Positions 29,186-39,180 of a stretch of 64,000 bases of DNA are shown one piece after another (the first letter of the stretch is position 1; each line of letters opens with the position of its first letter). The DNA lies in IMG/VR virus record IMGVR_UViG_3300025168_000056, positions 13,850 through 77,849 of that record; one strand, 5' to 3'. The stretch is from a virus. A program made the position numbers and the translations under genes. The notes under the pieces are model-generated. The model was not told where the DNA came from, did not search any database, and saw only the letters and a list, made by a program, of their open reading frames with translations.

Positions 29186-30124
29186 ATGCCTATAGATAAA
29201 AACTTTTACAATGAATCTTCATCAGTTAGACTTGGCTGGGACCCCAGTTGGTTTGGGGAGAAGTATTTTGACGACAAGCTGACTCGTGCTATCAAGAAGT
29301 GGCAGAAGGGTAATGGCATAACTGCAGATGGTCTTTGTGGACCTAGCACGTTTCGCCGCTTGTGGACCGAACGCCAAGCTGAAATAGATAATCACAAGCC
29401 CCGCGAATGTAGTTACTCTAACTACATTGTATATAATAATGAATTTTTTCCGATTGATTGGGACAAAGTAGTCCTGTGGTCTGAGCAAGGTGGTATGAAA
29501 GCCAAACCAGGGACTCACTATAGCTACGCCGGGCGCCCCAGAAGAGGTGTGCGTTATTTCGTCAACCATTGGGATGTTTGCTTAAGTTCTAGATCCTGTC
29601 AATCTGTATTAGATAAGAGGGGAATCTCTGTTCATTTCCTTATTGACAACGACGGAACAATCTATCAAACACTTGACATGCAACATGGGGCTTGGCATGC
29701 TGGTAGCGAAAGAGCGAATAGGGCATCAGTGGGTGTCGAGATTTCAAATGCTTATTATCCCAAATACCAAGGCTGGTATGTTAAAAATGGCTTTGGCGAA
29801 AGACCCATGGTGGAGAACGCATGGGTTCACCACAATAAGCTCGATCCTTTCATGGGGTTTTACCCGAAACAGATAGAGGCACTAAAATCTCTTTGGAGAG
29901 CGATACATAAAGCTACAGGAATACCATTAGAGACACCGCTCAACCAATTTGGAAGTACATCAACTCAGTACGAGCAAGAGGTGACTTATGGGAAGTTTAG
30001 TGGTTTCGTTAGCCACTATCACGTTAGCAAAAGAAAGATTGACTGCGCCGGTTTGGACATTAAAAGCCTGTTAAACGAAGTTACTAACGAGGACATACCT
30101 GCTGGCGACTTGCGTGACGATTGA
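29186..30124 (+). CDS. Endolysin: peptidoglycan-binding domain plus Amidase_2 domain
   Basis: AIKKWQ..NGITADGLCGPST; HWD, SVHFLID.DGTIYQ, AWHAG, SVGVEI, HYH...KIDC. Confidence 0.9.
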   Translation: MPIDKNFYNESSSVRLGWDPSWFGEKYFDDKLTRAIKKWQKGNGITADGLCGPSTFRRLWTERQAEIDNHKPRECSYSNYIVYNNEFFPIDWDKVVLWSEQGGMKAKPGTHYSYAGRPRRGVRYFVNHWDVCLSSRSCQSVLDKRGISVHFLIDNDGTIYQTLDMQHGAWHAGSERANRASVGVEISNAYYPKYQGWYVKNGFGERPMVENAWVHHNKLDPFMGFYPKQIEALKSLWRAIHKATGIPLETPLNQFGSTSTQYEQEVTYGKFSGFVSHYHVSKRKIDCAGLDIKSLLNEVTNEDIPAGDLRDD

Positions 30125-31014
30125 TACTTGAGTACGACAGCGTGGTGTTGGGCAGTTCCTTGAGTGCGATTCTGTTCGCAGCCCAAAATTTTTTCCCCGT
30201 AGTTTTTTCAGATTTTCGAAAACCGTTCAGGTTTGATTATTTTGAGCCTACAGTTGATTTGTCTTTTTTGAATCTACCAAGTGGCCTCGGGCCAAAAAGT
30301 TTAACGACACACGAAGGACTAATCGACGTTGGGCTATCTAAGAGTTTGGTTTGGGATCGCCTAATGTTTCTATTATCGACTAGCGGTCGTGTGCCACTTT
30401 CAAATTTGTGCCATAGCATTAGAGCAGATGACAACTCAATAAGTTGCTATAATGAGTACTCTAAAATAGCTGATATAAGGTTCAATCAGTGTTACTATTT
30501 TGGAGACAATAATGTCCAAGGGTTGTTCGAACAAAAAGCACTTGATAATTGTGAATATATGTGCTATGATTGGATAGCTTTTAACAAAGGTGGGAAACAT
30601 GATATTGACTTCATTGAGACAAGGGATGATTTCGTTAAACGAATATGGTTTTATGCATCAGACCGCATTGATGGAAATACTCCTGTTAAAGATGCTTGTG
30701 TCCTGTCAGTATTGAGTGAAGAGCAGATCCGAGATTTTAACTACTCAGAGACAATGGCTAAGTTCAAACTGATTTCAGAGATGGAGAACAGAGGCATGAA
30801 AGGGCAGTTCAATGGATATGGACCTAACGGCAACCCAAAATATTATAAATTTAAAACAACGCATATGCGAAGAGAGAAACATGCAACAGAGGAAATCACA
30901 TCTTTTAAGACCAGCGGCTTTAAAGTTAAAGAAGTTGATGAAAACGAGTTATACAAAAATCTACAAGCGGTTCATTTGGACTACGATAGATTTTTAAGAG
31001 GATTGAGTGAGTAG
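30121..31014 (+). CDS. Hypothetical protein with degenerate Rossmann (FAD-binding-like) N-terminus
   Basis: YDSVVLGSSLSAILFA resembles DVVVIGxGxxG with glycines lost. Confidence 0.5.
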   Translation: MILEYDSVVLGSSLSAILFAAQNFFPVVFSDFRKPFRFDYFEPTVDLSFLNLPSGLGPKSLTTHEGLIDVGLSKSLVWDRLMFLLSTSGRVPLSNLCHSIRADDNSISCYNEYSKIADIRFNQCYYFGDNNVQGLFEQKALDNCEYMCYDWIAFNKGGKHDIDFIETRDDFVKRIWFYASDRIDGNTPVKDACVLSVLSEEQIRDFNYSETMAKFKLISEMENRGMKGQFNGYGPNGNPKYYKFKTTHMRREKHATEEITSFKTSGFKVKEVDENELYKNLQAVHLDYDRFLRGLSE

Positions 31015-31897
31015 TCACGTGCACACAGCCGGCATAATCCCGGTTGCCAATTTGCAAACAGATATACAGACGCCTATCCCAGAGATTCTGCTCCCAGTGA
31101 ATAATGGGTTCTCAGCAATTCAAAAATCAGTTTTTGAGTGCGCCATGGCGGGCTGTAATACTATTTGGATCGTAGCTAACCATGACTTAGCGCCGATAGT
31201 GCGAAAGGTAGTGGGTGATTGGATTTACGACCCCGTTTATTACGAAAGAACTTTTACTAAATTTTATTCGGATCATCGGCGAGAGATACCTATTTATTAT
31301 GTCCCTATCCATCCGAAAGATCGCGCTCGCCGAGATTCTTATGGGTGGTCAATTTTACATGGGGTATACTCTTCGTGGTATGCAGCATATAAAATATCGA
31401 AATGGATAACCCCACAGAACTATTATATTAGCTTCCCGATGTCAGTTTATGACGTCTATAGTGTAAGAGACTATAGAAAGAATATTTCCAATTCGAAAGC
31501 TAATTTTTTTCTAAAACATGATAACAAAACAGTTAAAGATGGAGAACTTCTGTCTTTTACAATGAAAGGAGATGATTTTAAAGCATGCAGGAACCTAATA
31601 AACAAAACAACAACAAGGGAGTATTTACCCCCCTTACCCGGCCAAAAGTATCCGAGCCAGAAACGACCGGTGAACGAGAGGTGGATAGCAAAAGACTATT
31701 CGCTAGAGCAAGTGCTAAAACCTCTGAATGAAGAGGGTAGCACATGCATGGAAATAGAGTGGCACCATGACATTTCAACGTGGCAGGGATACGTTGAATA
31801 CCTGGGGTCAAAAAATACTGTAGAAACTCCTAGAAAGGAGTTGACTTTACCTCACATTCATGTTAATATACCTTATGTGGATGAAGTTAAAGACTGA
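31007..31897 (+). CDS. Sugar-phosphate nucleotidyltransferase-fold protein, degenerate
   Basis: GIIPVA...P..LLPV...AIQKSVFECAMAGCNTIWIV; C-terminal WHHDISTWQGY; lacks GxGTR and PK. Confidence 0.6.
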   Translation: MSSHVHTAGIIPVANLQTDIQTPIPEILLPVNNGFSAIQKSVFECAMAGCNTIWIVANHDLAPIVRKVVGDWIYDPVYYERTFTKFYSDHRREIPIYYVPIHPKDRARRDSYGWSILHGVYSSWYAAYKISKWITPQNYYISFPMSVYDVYSVRDYRKNISNSKANFFLKHDNKTVKDGELLSFTMKGDDFKACRNLINKTTTREYLPPLPGQKYPSQKRPVNERWIAKDYSLEQVLKPLNEEGSTCMEIEWHHDISTWQGYVEYLGSKNTVETPRKELTLPHIHVNIPYVDEVKD

Positions 31898-32099
31898 AGA
31901 AACTAATTTGGGTCGCGTTCCGGTCGGCTCAATTATCATATATAAAGACAAAGCGTGGAAGACACTAAACAAGATTGATGGTATGAGTCAAATGCTCATT
32001 ACTAATATCGGTGATGGTGATCGAGAGAGTATTTTACTTGCTTCTTCAGCTGAAGTGTGTTATATTAGAGACGTAATCAAAATTTCCAAGGAGGCATAA
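31881..32099 (+). CDS. Small hypothetical protein
   Basis: Fills the gap to dnaE and overlaps its start; start codon uncertain. Confidence 0.55.
   Translation: MKLKTEETNLGRVPVGSIIIYKDKAWKTLNKIDGMSQMLITNIGDGDRESILLASSAEVCYIRDVIKISKEA
32038..32066 (+). promoter_or_regulatory. Possible sigma70-type promoter for dnaE
   Basis: TTGCTT-N17-TATATT. Confidence 0.5.
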
Positions 32100-35000
32100 T
32101 GGATCGTTCTGATTCTAAGATTAAGTTTGTTGGGCTACACGCCCATAGTGTGGCAGGTTCTATTTTTGATGCGATTGGGTACCCCCAAGCGCATATGGAC
32201 TTTTGCTATGAGAATGGTGGAGAAGCACTGGCTCTCACAGATCATGGCAACATGAACGGGTTGGCATATCAGGTTCTTCATGCAAAGAATATGAAAGACT
32301 CCGGCAAGGAGTTTAAGCCTATCTTTGGGTGCGAGGCTTACTTCATCCCATCGATCGATGAGTGGCGAGAAGAGTACACTCGTGCGATGGAAGATAAGAA
32401 GCGCGCCCGCTCTGCTAAGAAGGATGCAGCTTCAGGCGCGACTGTTGAGGATGAGGGTGCTTCAAAGAAGACTCAAGATATCCTCCGTCGGCGCCGCCAC
32501 CTAGTTCTTTTGGCGCAAAACCAGACTGGACTGAACAACCTGTTTAAACTAGTCTCAGAGAGCTACCAGTCAGAAAATTTCTATAGGTACCCTCGTATAG
32601 ACTATAAGCTTTTAAAGAAGTACAACGAAGGAATCATCGCCGCTAGCGCGTGTCTTGGTGGCGTATACGCTGGAAACTACTGGGAGAACCGTGAGGAAGG
32701 AGATGAAGCCGTTTTGGATGCAATGCGAGAGACAACGCAAAGTATGGTTGACATCTTTGGAGACCGCTGGTACGCTGAGATTCAGTGGAATAATATTAAA
32801 GAACAGCACGAACTCAACAAATATGTTATCCAGACAGCACAAGAGATGGGCGTTAGCTTGATCACTACCGCAGATAGTCACTATCCTACGCCAACCGCAT
32901 GGAAGGATCGTGAGTTGTACAAGCGTCTAGGTTGGCTGGGTAAGGGTCGACCTTCGTGGGCAGACGAAGAGTCACAGCTTCCCGAAGGTGTGGAAGAGAT
33001 TGGCTATGAATTGTATCCAAAGAATGGTGATCAGATCTGGGAGAGTTACAAACAATACTCCAAAGACCAAGGATTTGAATACGATGATGAGTTGGTGATG
33101 CAAAGTATTGAAGAAACGCACAGGATCGCATTCGATAGAATCGAATCGTTCCTCCCAGACAATACTGTTCGTCTTCCGGAGTTTGTTGTACCGGCGGGGT
33201 TTACCGCTACTCAAGCGCTTGTTAATTATGCACTTGAAGGGTTAAAAGATAGAGGGCATCACAAAAATAAGGATTATATCGAGCGGTTGAAGCACGAACT
33301 GAATGTTATTGATGACCGCGGCTTTTCTAAATACTTCTTGACAATGAAATCGATTGTCGATGTAGCAACAGAAATGATGCTCACCGGTCCCGGCCGCGGC
33401 TCTGCTGCCGGCTCGTTAGTCGCCTATGCGCTTGGTATTACGCAAGTAGACCCAATCAAATATGACCTTCTGTTCTCTCGGTTCCTTCGCTCTGACGCTA
33501 AGGACTACCCAGATATTGATTATGATGTATCTGACAGCATGTCTCTAAAAGAGAAGTTAGTGGAGATGTGGGGCGAAGATTGTGTCGCACCAATCTCTAA
33601 TTGGAATACGCTGCAGCTTAAGTCTTTGATTAAGGATATCTCTAAGTTGTACAACATTCCATTCACCGAAGTGAACACTGTTACTTCTATCATGATTCGC
33701 GAAGCCACCCCGGAAGCCAAGCGAAAGCACGGTATCAAGGCTGGTGTGTATGCTCCGACTTGGGAAGAAGTGATGGAGTTTTCTCCTGCGCTTAGGGCAT
33801 ATCTCAACAAGTATCCACAAGTCAAGACACACGTTGAGGGATTGGTCGGTCAAGTACGCTCTTGCTCCCGTCATGCTGGTGGTGTAGTGATTGCTGAGAA
33901 CCTTGATGCGAACATGCCGCTGATCAATTCAGGTGGTGTGCGCCAAGCACCGTGGGCAGAGGGTCAAAACGTTCGACACCTTGAACCCATGGGCTTCATT
34001 AAGTTTGATTTGCTTGGGCTGTCTACTCTTAAGATGATGGAGGGTTGCATCGAACATATCCTGCGCCGTCATCACGGAGTAGAGAATCCAACCTTTGCAC
34101 AAGTGCGAGACTACTATGAAGATAAGTTGCACCCCGACAAGATGGACATGCACGACGCCTCTATCTATGAAAATGTATTCCACACAGGAAAGTGGGCAGG
34201 AGTGTTCCAATTCACGGAACCCGGCGCTCAACAGTTTTGCGTAAAGGCTAAGCCGAACAATATCATTGATGTTTCTGCCATTACTTCAATCTTTCGACCC
34301 GGTCCACTATCGGCGGGTGTTGATGCAGATTATGTAGAAGCAAAGGGACACCCGCAGCGTATTAGCTACCTTTCCGATGAAGCTCGTGAGATCACCGAGG
34401 AGACATACGGGTTCCTAATCTTCCAGGAGCAGATTGCTTTGCTTGCTCACAAGCTCGGCGGACTGACTCTTGATGAGGGCAACATGCTCCGTAAGGTTCT
34501 GACAAAGAAGGGCACAGGCAAGGGGTCCGTTAAAGGTCTGCTGCATGATAAGTTTATCAAGGGCTGCGTAGTTAATAATATTGCGCGCGATGAAGCCCAA
34601 TCCCTCTGGGACAAGTTTGAATTCTTCTCGGGCTATGGCTTTAACAAGTCACACGCTGTAAGTTACTCGATCATCTCCTATCAGTGTGCGTGGTTGTGGA
34701 ACTACTACCCAGCAGAGTGGATGGCAGCTTTCTTAGATAAGGAACCAGAGACGCGTAAAGAGAAGGCTATTAATATTGCCAAGCAATATGGATTTGATAT
34801 TGCACCACTTGATGTTAATAAATCAGGCACAGTGTGGGAGATTAGTGATGACGGAAAAACACTGATTCAGCCTCTCACTTCAATTAAAGGGTTGGGAGCA
34901 GCCGCAATCGAGCAGATTCTTGCAAACCGTCCACTAAACAGCGCTGAAGAGCTTTTGTTTAATGAGAGTATTACGTACTCCAAGCTGAACAAGAAGTGTC

Positions 35001-35530
35001 TTGATGCTCTATGTCGCGGCGGAGCTTTGGATAATATTGTCGACAGTCGTTTTACTGGTCGTAAGCACTTTTGGTCCGCATGCATTGTGGATCGCCCGAA
35101 GAATCTAAAAAAGCTTGGCGAGAACATTGAGCTATACAGACCAGAAGGGGATTTCTCTGAGTCAGAGATTATTCAGTTTAAGTCTGACCTAACTGGGGTC
35201 TTCCCGATGAACTTGGTTATCAAGCCAGAGACTGTGCAGCGCCTGCAAGACAGGTTCGTGCCACCAATCTCAGAGTTTGATCAGGAGCTTGAAGTGTGTT
35301 GGTTTATTCCACGCAAGATTGTACCGAAGAAAACGAAGAAAGGTAAAGACTACTGGATTGTAGAAGTTATTGATTCTAACAACGAGCTTACCCGCATCCG
35401 ATGTTGGGGCGTCAAGCCCGAGAAGGATCGTATCCACTTGAACCGCCCGTATATGGCTCGCTTAAAGTATGACGAGAACTGGGGCTTTTCAACCTACGCC
35501 GTCGGCAAAACATTTAAGTTGCTGGCATAA
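32099..35530 (+). CDS. dnaE: DNA polymerase III alpha subunit (family C) with PHP domain
   Basis: LHAHS, LTDHG, GCEAY, DSHY, GPGRGSAAGSL, PDIDYD, SRHAGG, KFDLLGL, YGFNKSHA. Confidence 0.97.
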   Translation: MDRSDSKIKFVGLHAHSVAGSIFDAIGYPQAHMDFCYENGGEALALTDHGNMNGLAYQVLHAKNMKDSGKEFKPIFGCEAYFIPSIDEWREEYTRAMEDKKRARSAKKDAASGATVEDEGASKKTQDILRRRRHLVLLAQNQTGLNNLFKLVSESYQSENFYRYPRIDYKLLKKYNEGIIAASACLGGVYAGNYWENREEGDEAVLDAMRETTQSMVDIFGDRWYAEIQWNNIKEQHELNKYVIQTAQEMGVSLITTADSHYPTPTAWKDRELYKRLGWLGKGRPSWADEESQLPEGVEEIGYELYPKNGDQIWESYKQYSKDQGFEYDDELVMQSIEETHRIAFDRIESFLPDNTVRLPEFVVPAGFTATQALVNYALEGLKDRGHHKNKDYIERLKHELNVIDDRGFSKYFLTMKSIVDVATEMMLTGPGRGSAAGSLVAYALGITQVDPIKYDLLFSRFLRSDAKDYPDIDYDVSDSMSLKEKLVEMWGEDCVAPISNWNTLQLKSLIKDISKLYNIPFTEVNTVTSIMIREATPEAKRKHGIKAGVYAPTWEEVMEFSPALRAYLNKYPQVKTHVEGLVGQVRSCSRHAGGVVIAENLDANMPLINSGGVRQAPWAEGQNVRHLEPMGFIKFDLLGLSTLKMMEGCIEHILRRHHGVENPTFAQVRDYYEDKLHPDKMDMHDASIYENVFHTGKWAGVFQFTEPGAQQFCVKAKPNNIIDVSAITSIFRPGPLSAGVDADYVEAKGHPQRISYLSDEAREITEETYGFLIFQEQIALLAHKLGGLTLDEGNMLRKVLTKKGTGKGSVKGLLHDKFIKGCVVNNIARDEAQSLWDKFEFFSGYGFNKSHAVSYSIISYQCAWLWNYYPAEWMAAFLDKEPETRKEKAINIAKQYGFDIAPLDVNKSGTVWEISDDGKTLIQPLTSIKGLGAAAIEQILANRPLNSAEELLFNESITYSKLNKKCLDALCRGGALDNIVDSRFTGRKHFWSACIVDRPKNLKKLGENIELYRPEGDFSESEIIQFKSDLTGVFPMNLVIKPETVQRLQDRFVPPISEFDQELEVCWFIPRKIVPKKTKKGKDYWIVEVIDSNNELTRIRCWGVKPEKDRIHLNRPYMARLKYDENWGFSTYAVGKTFKLLA

Positions 35531-35534
35531 GTTG

Positions 35535-35563
35535 TTGACAAAACATACAGCATTTGATATAAT
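35535..35563 (+). promoter_or_regulatory. Sigma70-type promoter
   Basis: TTGACA-N17-TATAAT (perfect consensus). Confidence 0.85.
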
Positions 35564-35589
35564 AAGATATCATTCAAGGAGGGAACCGA

Positions 35590-36195
35590 ATGAACATCAT
35601 TGAAACTTTTAGCCCGTTGCTCAAAGAGCCAGAACTCAGATCTAATTTGCCGACCGTTATTAGGGTACGCAAGTTTGATGAAGCTGCTGCAAAGGAATTT
35701 TCCGAACTAATGACCAAAGCTCAGAATACTGGTCAACCAATCGTGCCTATCATCATTGATAGTTACGGCGGTCAAGTCTACAGCCTCATGTCTATGATTT
35801 CAGATATTCAACATTCGCGAGTTCCTGTGGCCACCATCGTACAGGGCAAGGCGATGTCGTGCGGAGCTATCTTGTTCAGTTTTGGTGCTGATGGTATGAG
35901 GTATATGGACCCGAATTCGACAGTTATGATTCATGATGTGAGTTCAATGTCAAGAGGAAAGGTTGAAGAAGTGAAGGCTGATGCCGGTGAAACCGAAAGA
36001 CTCAATCAAATTGTTTATCGCATGATGGCTCAAAATTGTGGTCACCATGATGAATATTTTCTTGACATTGTGCACGAGAAGGGTCACGCAGACTGGTATT
36101 TGGATGCTAATGAATGCAAGAAGCATAAAATCGCCAACCATTTGCGTGTACCTGAATTAAAAATCGAAACAAAGGTTTCATTCGCTTTTAATTAA
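35590..36195 (+). CDS. clpP: ClpP-family protease, copy 1
   Basis: IDSYGG, GKAMSCGA (Ser), VMIHD (His), ADWYL (Asp). Confidence 0.9.
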   Translation: MNIIETFSPLLKEPELRSNLPTVIRVRKFDEAAAKEFSELMTKAQNTGQPIVPIIIDSYGGQVYSLMSMISDIQHSRVPVATIVQGKAMSCGAILFSFGADGMRYMDPNSTVMIHDVSSMSRGKVEEVKADAGETERLNQIVYRMMAQNCGHHDEYFLDIVHEKGHADWYLDANECKKHKIANHLRVPELKIETKVSFAFN

Positions 36196-36208
36196 TTCTA
36201 CTTAGGGT

Positions 36209-36916
36209 ATGTCTGTTGCAAAGAAGAATAAATGGAAGCGCGCCCTGAACCATTTACGGTTTAGTTACGAAGAAATTGAAATGATAAAAGAGATATCAAT
36301 AGACACAGCGCAAGATTTCCAGATGTACTATGAGAATTTTTGTAGAACGCGAGGGATCAACATCGCAGAGCTTAATGATCGCCATCGGAACAGAGTTGAA
36401 GACTTATATAATATTGAAAAAGTAATACCAGATAGCGAACACTCCGATGAGCCCGAAATACACCCCCCTGGCGATACGACGATAGCTTTGCATAATAAAA
36501 GTTCCGACAAGTTAGACGACAAGCACCAAATGACCGCTGATGAAACAGCGATGCACGAAGCTTTCTCAAAGCTTTTTAAAAAAATTGCCCTTAAAATCCA
36601 TCCCGACAGGCTGCACGATATGCCACCCGAGGAGAGGGAAGTGAAGATAAGTATGTTTCAGAGAGCCAATAAGTCACTTGAAGATAAAAAATATTTTATC
36701 TTATTAGACATTGCATCACAACTAAAGATACAGACACCTAAAAACTACGATCAGCAAACAAGATGGATGAAGAAAGAGACTACTTTCTTGGAGCAGAAGA
36801 TCAAAAAAGAAAAAAGCACTTACAACTTTTTATTTTCTGAAGCAGAAACCGACGAAGAAAGAGATCAATTGGTTAGTGGGTTTATGTTACAAGTTTTTCA
36901 AATTCACGTAGAATAA
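36209..36916 (+). CDS. J-domain-containing protein
   Basis: LFKKIALKIHPDR with HPD motif followed by MFQRANKS helix. Confidence 0.7.
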   Translation: MSVAKKNKWKRALNHLRFSYEEIEMIKEISIDTAQDFQMYYENFCRTRGINIAELNDRHRNRVEDLYNIEKVIPDSEHSDEPEIHPPGDTTIALHNKSSDKLDDKHQMTADETAMHEAFSKLFKKIALKIHPDRLHDMPPEEREVKISMFQRANKSLEDKKYFILLDIASQLKIQTPKNYDQQTRWMKKETTFLEQKIKKEKSTYNFLFSEAETDEERDQLVSGFMLQVFQIHVE

Positions 36917-36919
36917 CTG

Positions 36920-36948
36920 TTGACATCGCGCTACGCATCTGTTATATT
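36920..36948 (+). promoter_or_regulatory. Sigma70-type promoter
   Basis: TTGACA-N17-TATATT. Confidence 0.75.
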
Positions 36949-36977
36949 AATAGAGTAAACACAAAAGGAGGGCCATT

Positions 36978-37238
36978 ATGGCTAACACAAATAACGAAAG
37001 AAAGCGCTACGTTAAGGAATACATCCGTTCCTTGGTAGCGATTGAAGAGGCAATGGAGCCCTATAAGGAACAAAAGCGCGATCTGCGTTCTGAATTTAAG
37101 GAGAACAATTGGCTCAGTACGGATGAGATTAGCGCAGCGGTCAAAGCATACCGACTGTTTAAGGGCAAAGTAAACATCGACGAAGTAGTAGAAAACTTCC
37201 AAATGTTTTCAGGAGACGAAGAGGGAGGTGCGAATTGA
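36978..37238 (+). CDS. Small DNA-binding protein (GapR/T4 DsbA-like)
   Basis: YIRSLVAIEE...KEQKRDLRSEFKE coiled-coil pattern and size. Confidence 0.5.
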   Translation: MANTNNERKRYVKEYIRSLVAIEEAMEPYKEQKRDLRSEFKENNWLSTDEISAAVKAYRLFKGKVNIDEVVENFQMFSGDEEGGAN

Positions 37239-37696
37239 TTGTTCAATATTCAAAGACTCGCCAAAATGTCCGGACCCCGCAGCGAGCGAACCCATCTGAT
37301 GCAGGGCTTGACGTATTCTATAGCCCGCCCGATAATGAAGTGGCAGGTAAGTGGCTGACTCCCGGTTCGTCCGGACTATTTTCCACAGGACTCAAGTTCG
37401 GTATTCCACATGGATATATGATAGAAGTTAAGAACCGCTCGGGCATGGCAGCACGCCGCTCCTTGGTTGTCGGCGCTTGTGTTGTCGACTCGGGTTACAC
37501 GGGAGAGGTGTTTGTAAATCTTCACAATATCGGCAAGGAATCTCAATTTATCCAGCCGGGTGAAAAGATCGCCCAGCTGGTTATGACTCCGGTTGTCCAT
37601 TTTAACGCACGAGAATCTAGTTTTGAGGAACTTTATGCGGAAGCGATTACTATCAGTGATCGAGGAACTGGAGCATTGGGGAGCACTGATGGATAA
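37235..37696 (+). CDS. dut: Trimeric dUTPase
   Basis: DAGLD, RSG, VVDSGYTGE, KIAQL, RGTGALGST. Confidence 0.95.
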   Translation: MIVQYSKTRQNVRTPQRANPSDAGLDVFYSPPDNEVAGKWLTPGSSGLFSTGLKFGIPHGYMIEVKNRSGMAARRSLVVGACVVDSGYTGEVFVNLHNIGKESQFIQPGEKIAQLVMTPVVHFNARESSFEELYAEAITISDRGTGALGSTDG

Positions 37697-38162
37697 GAAC
37701 ACACAAGGAGTTATGTTTAGCTCTAAAACAGGAAATTGGGCAACCCCAAAGGACTTCTTTGATAAACTTAGCTGGCGTTTTGGACCGTTTGATTTAGATC
37801 CCTGTGCTAGCACACACAACACTAAGTGTGCCAACTTCTTTACAAAGGCTGAGAATGGTCTAGAGAAGGATTGGGAAGGGTTCACGTGTTTTGTTAATCC
37901 TCCGTATGGGAGAGGTATTGACAAGTGGATTGAGAAAGGTTATAATGAAGCTATGAAGAATGAAACAAAGGTAGTGATGCTTATTCCAGCACGAACCGAT
38001 ACCAAGTATTGGCACAAGTATGTAATGAATGCATCAGAGATTCACTTTGTGAAAGGTCGCCTAAAGTTTGGCGACAGTAAGAATTCCGCACCATTTCCAT
38101 CAGCGGTAGTAGTATTTGATGGCGGCGATGAGTTGTGGAGAGTCGAAGGCATTAACAAATAA
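37689..38162 (+). CDS. Phage-type DNA N6-adenine methyltransferase
   Basis: WATP..FF, FDLDPCA, NPPYGR, LIPARTDT, KGRLKF, SAPFPS. Confidence 0.92.
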   Translation: MDKNTQGVMFSSKTGNWATPKDFFDKLSWRFGPFDLDPCASTHNTKCANFFTKAENGLEKDWEGFTCFVNPPYGRGIDKWIEKGYNEAMKNETKVVMLIPARTDTKYWHKYVMNASEIHFVKGRLKFGDSKNSAPFPSAVVVFDGGDELWRVEGINK

Positions 38163-38172
38163 GGAGTATGAA

Positions 38173-38550
38173 ATGACCGAAGATATTTTAAATGCAGCAA
38201 TTCAAAAGCTGCGAGGCTTAGCACTGGAGCAATTTGCCTTAGCTAAGGATGCGCTACACCAGCCTGCCAATGCAGACACTGTTTCCAATATCAGTACCTG
38301 CGCCATTAACATGGCTCAGCTTGAGGGTGCGATGATCACCTTGCAGCAGTACGCAGATTCTCTGAAGACGCGTACCCCAGCGGAAATCGCAGCCACTGAG
38401 CCAGAGCCGCCGGCGCAAGAAGAGTCGAAGGAAGAAGCTGTTATCACGGATAAGGAGTTAGCTGAGCGCTCACCGACTTTCCGGAAGTCTCAGGGTATTG
38501 AGGAGCCGGCAACAAAAAAGCGGAAAAGGAAAACCAAAAGTGAATCGTAA
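38173..38550 (+). CDS. Hypothetical protein
   Basis: SD AAGGAG before ATG 38173. Confidence 0.65.
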   Translation: MTEDILNAAIQKLRGLALEQFALAKDALHQPANADTVSNISTCAINMAQLEGAMITLQQYADSLKTRTPAEIAATEPEPPAQEESKEEAVITDKELAERSPTFRKSQGIEEPATKKRKRKTKSES

Positions 38551-38794
38551 GCAACGACGAGCCGCAGCAAAGGATACTTCACAAGCAGATGTGTCTGATA
38601 AACTGATGATGTTCGACAAGTTGCCAGACGAATGTTTAGCCTGCGTGAAGCCGTTTGACAAAAACGACAAACAGATGGCTCTCACTTGGAATGTGGTTAT
38701 TAGAGATGAAGATACAGTTAGGTTGTACTGCCCTGATTGTTGGTCAATGGCACAATCAGCAGTTGAAAAATTTAAAAAGGAGAACAAAAAATGA
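38540..38794 (+). CDS. Small zinc-finger-like protein
   Basis: MNRKQRR start, CLAC...CPDC. Confidence 0.65.
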   Translation: MNRKQRRAAAKDTSQADVSDKLMMFDKLPDECLACVKPFDKNDKQMALTWNVVIRDEDTVRLYCPDCWSMAQSAVEKFKKENKK

Positions 38795-39180
38795 GTGTAA
38801 ATAGAATATCCGAAGATGGATTGAATATGATCTTGAGTAATCGAGTACTCGCGCCTGTAACTTGCGTAGTTAAATTTTATTCAAACAGTTGTCACATGTG
38901 CCATTCTTTGCAAGAATACTTCATGGACATTTCAAATCAATATGAGCTTGATCCCAACATAGTGTTTTATGCATATAACGTTGACGAGGATCCAGCGATT
39001 GAAAAGAAGCTTAAGTTTAATGGCGTCCCGACAATCATTGCGATTAACCCAAACCCGGAACTGCCACCACGAAAACCAGCAGAGTATAAGACAATGCCTG
39101 AGCCGGAAGATCCCCACAAGAAAACGTGGTATAAGGTAAGGGACATCCAGAAGTTTATTGAAGAAGAGAAGATAAAGTGA
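38791..39180 (+). CDS. Thioredoxin-like protein
   Basis: VVKFYSNSCHMC, NVDE, GVPT. Confidence 0.85.
   Translation: MSVNRISEDGLNMILSNRVLAPVTCVVKFYSNSCHMCHSLQEYFMDISNQYELDPNIVFYAYNVDEDPAIEKKLKFNGVPTIIAINPNPELPPRKPAEYKTMPEPEDPHKKTWYKVRDIQKFIEEEKIK

Noticed and set aside
22324-35530. Inteins or self-splicing introns in recA, dnaB, nrdJ or dnaE
   Set aside because: ORFs are uninterrupted, of ordinary length, and show no intein splice-junction or homing endonuclease motifs.
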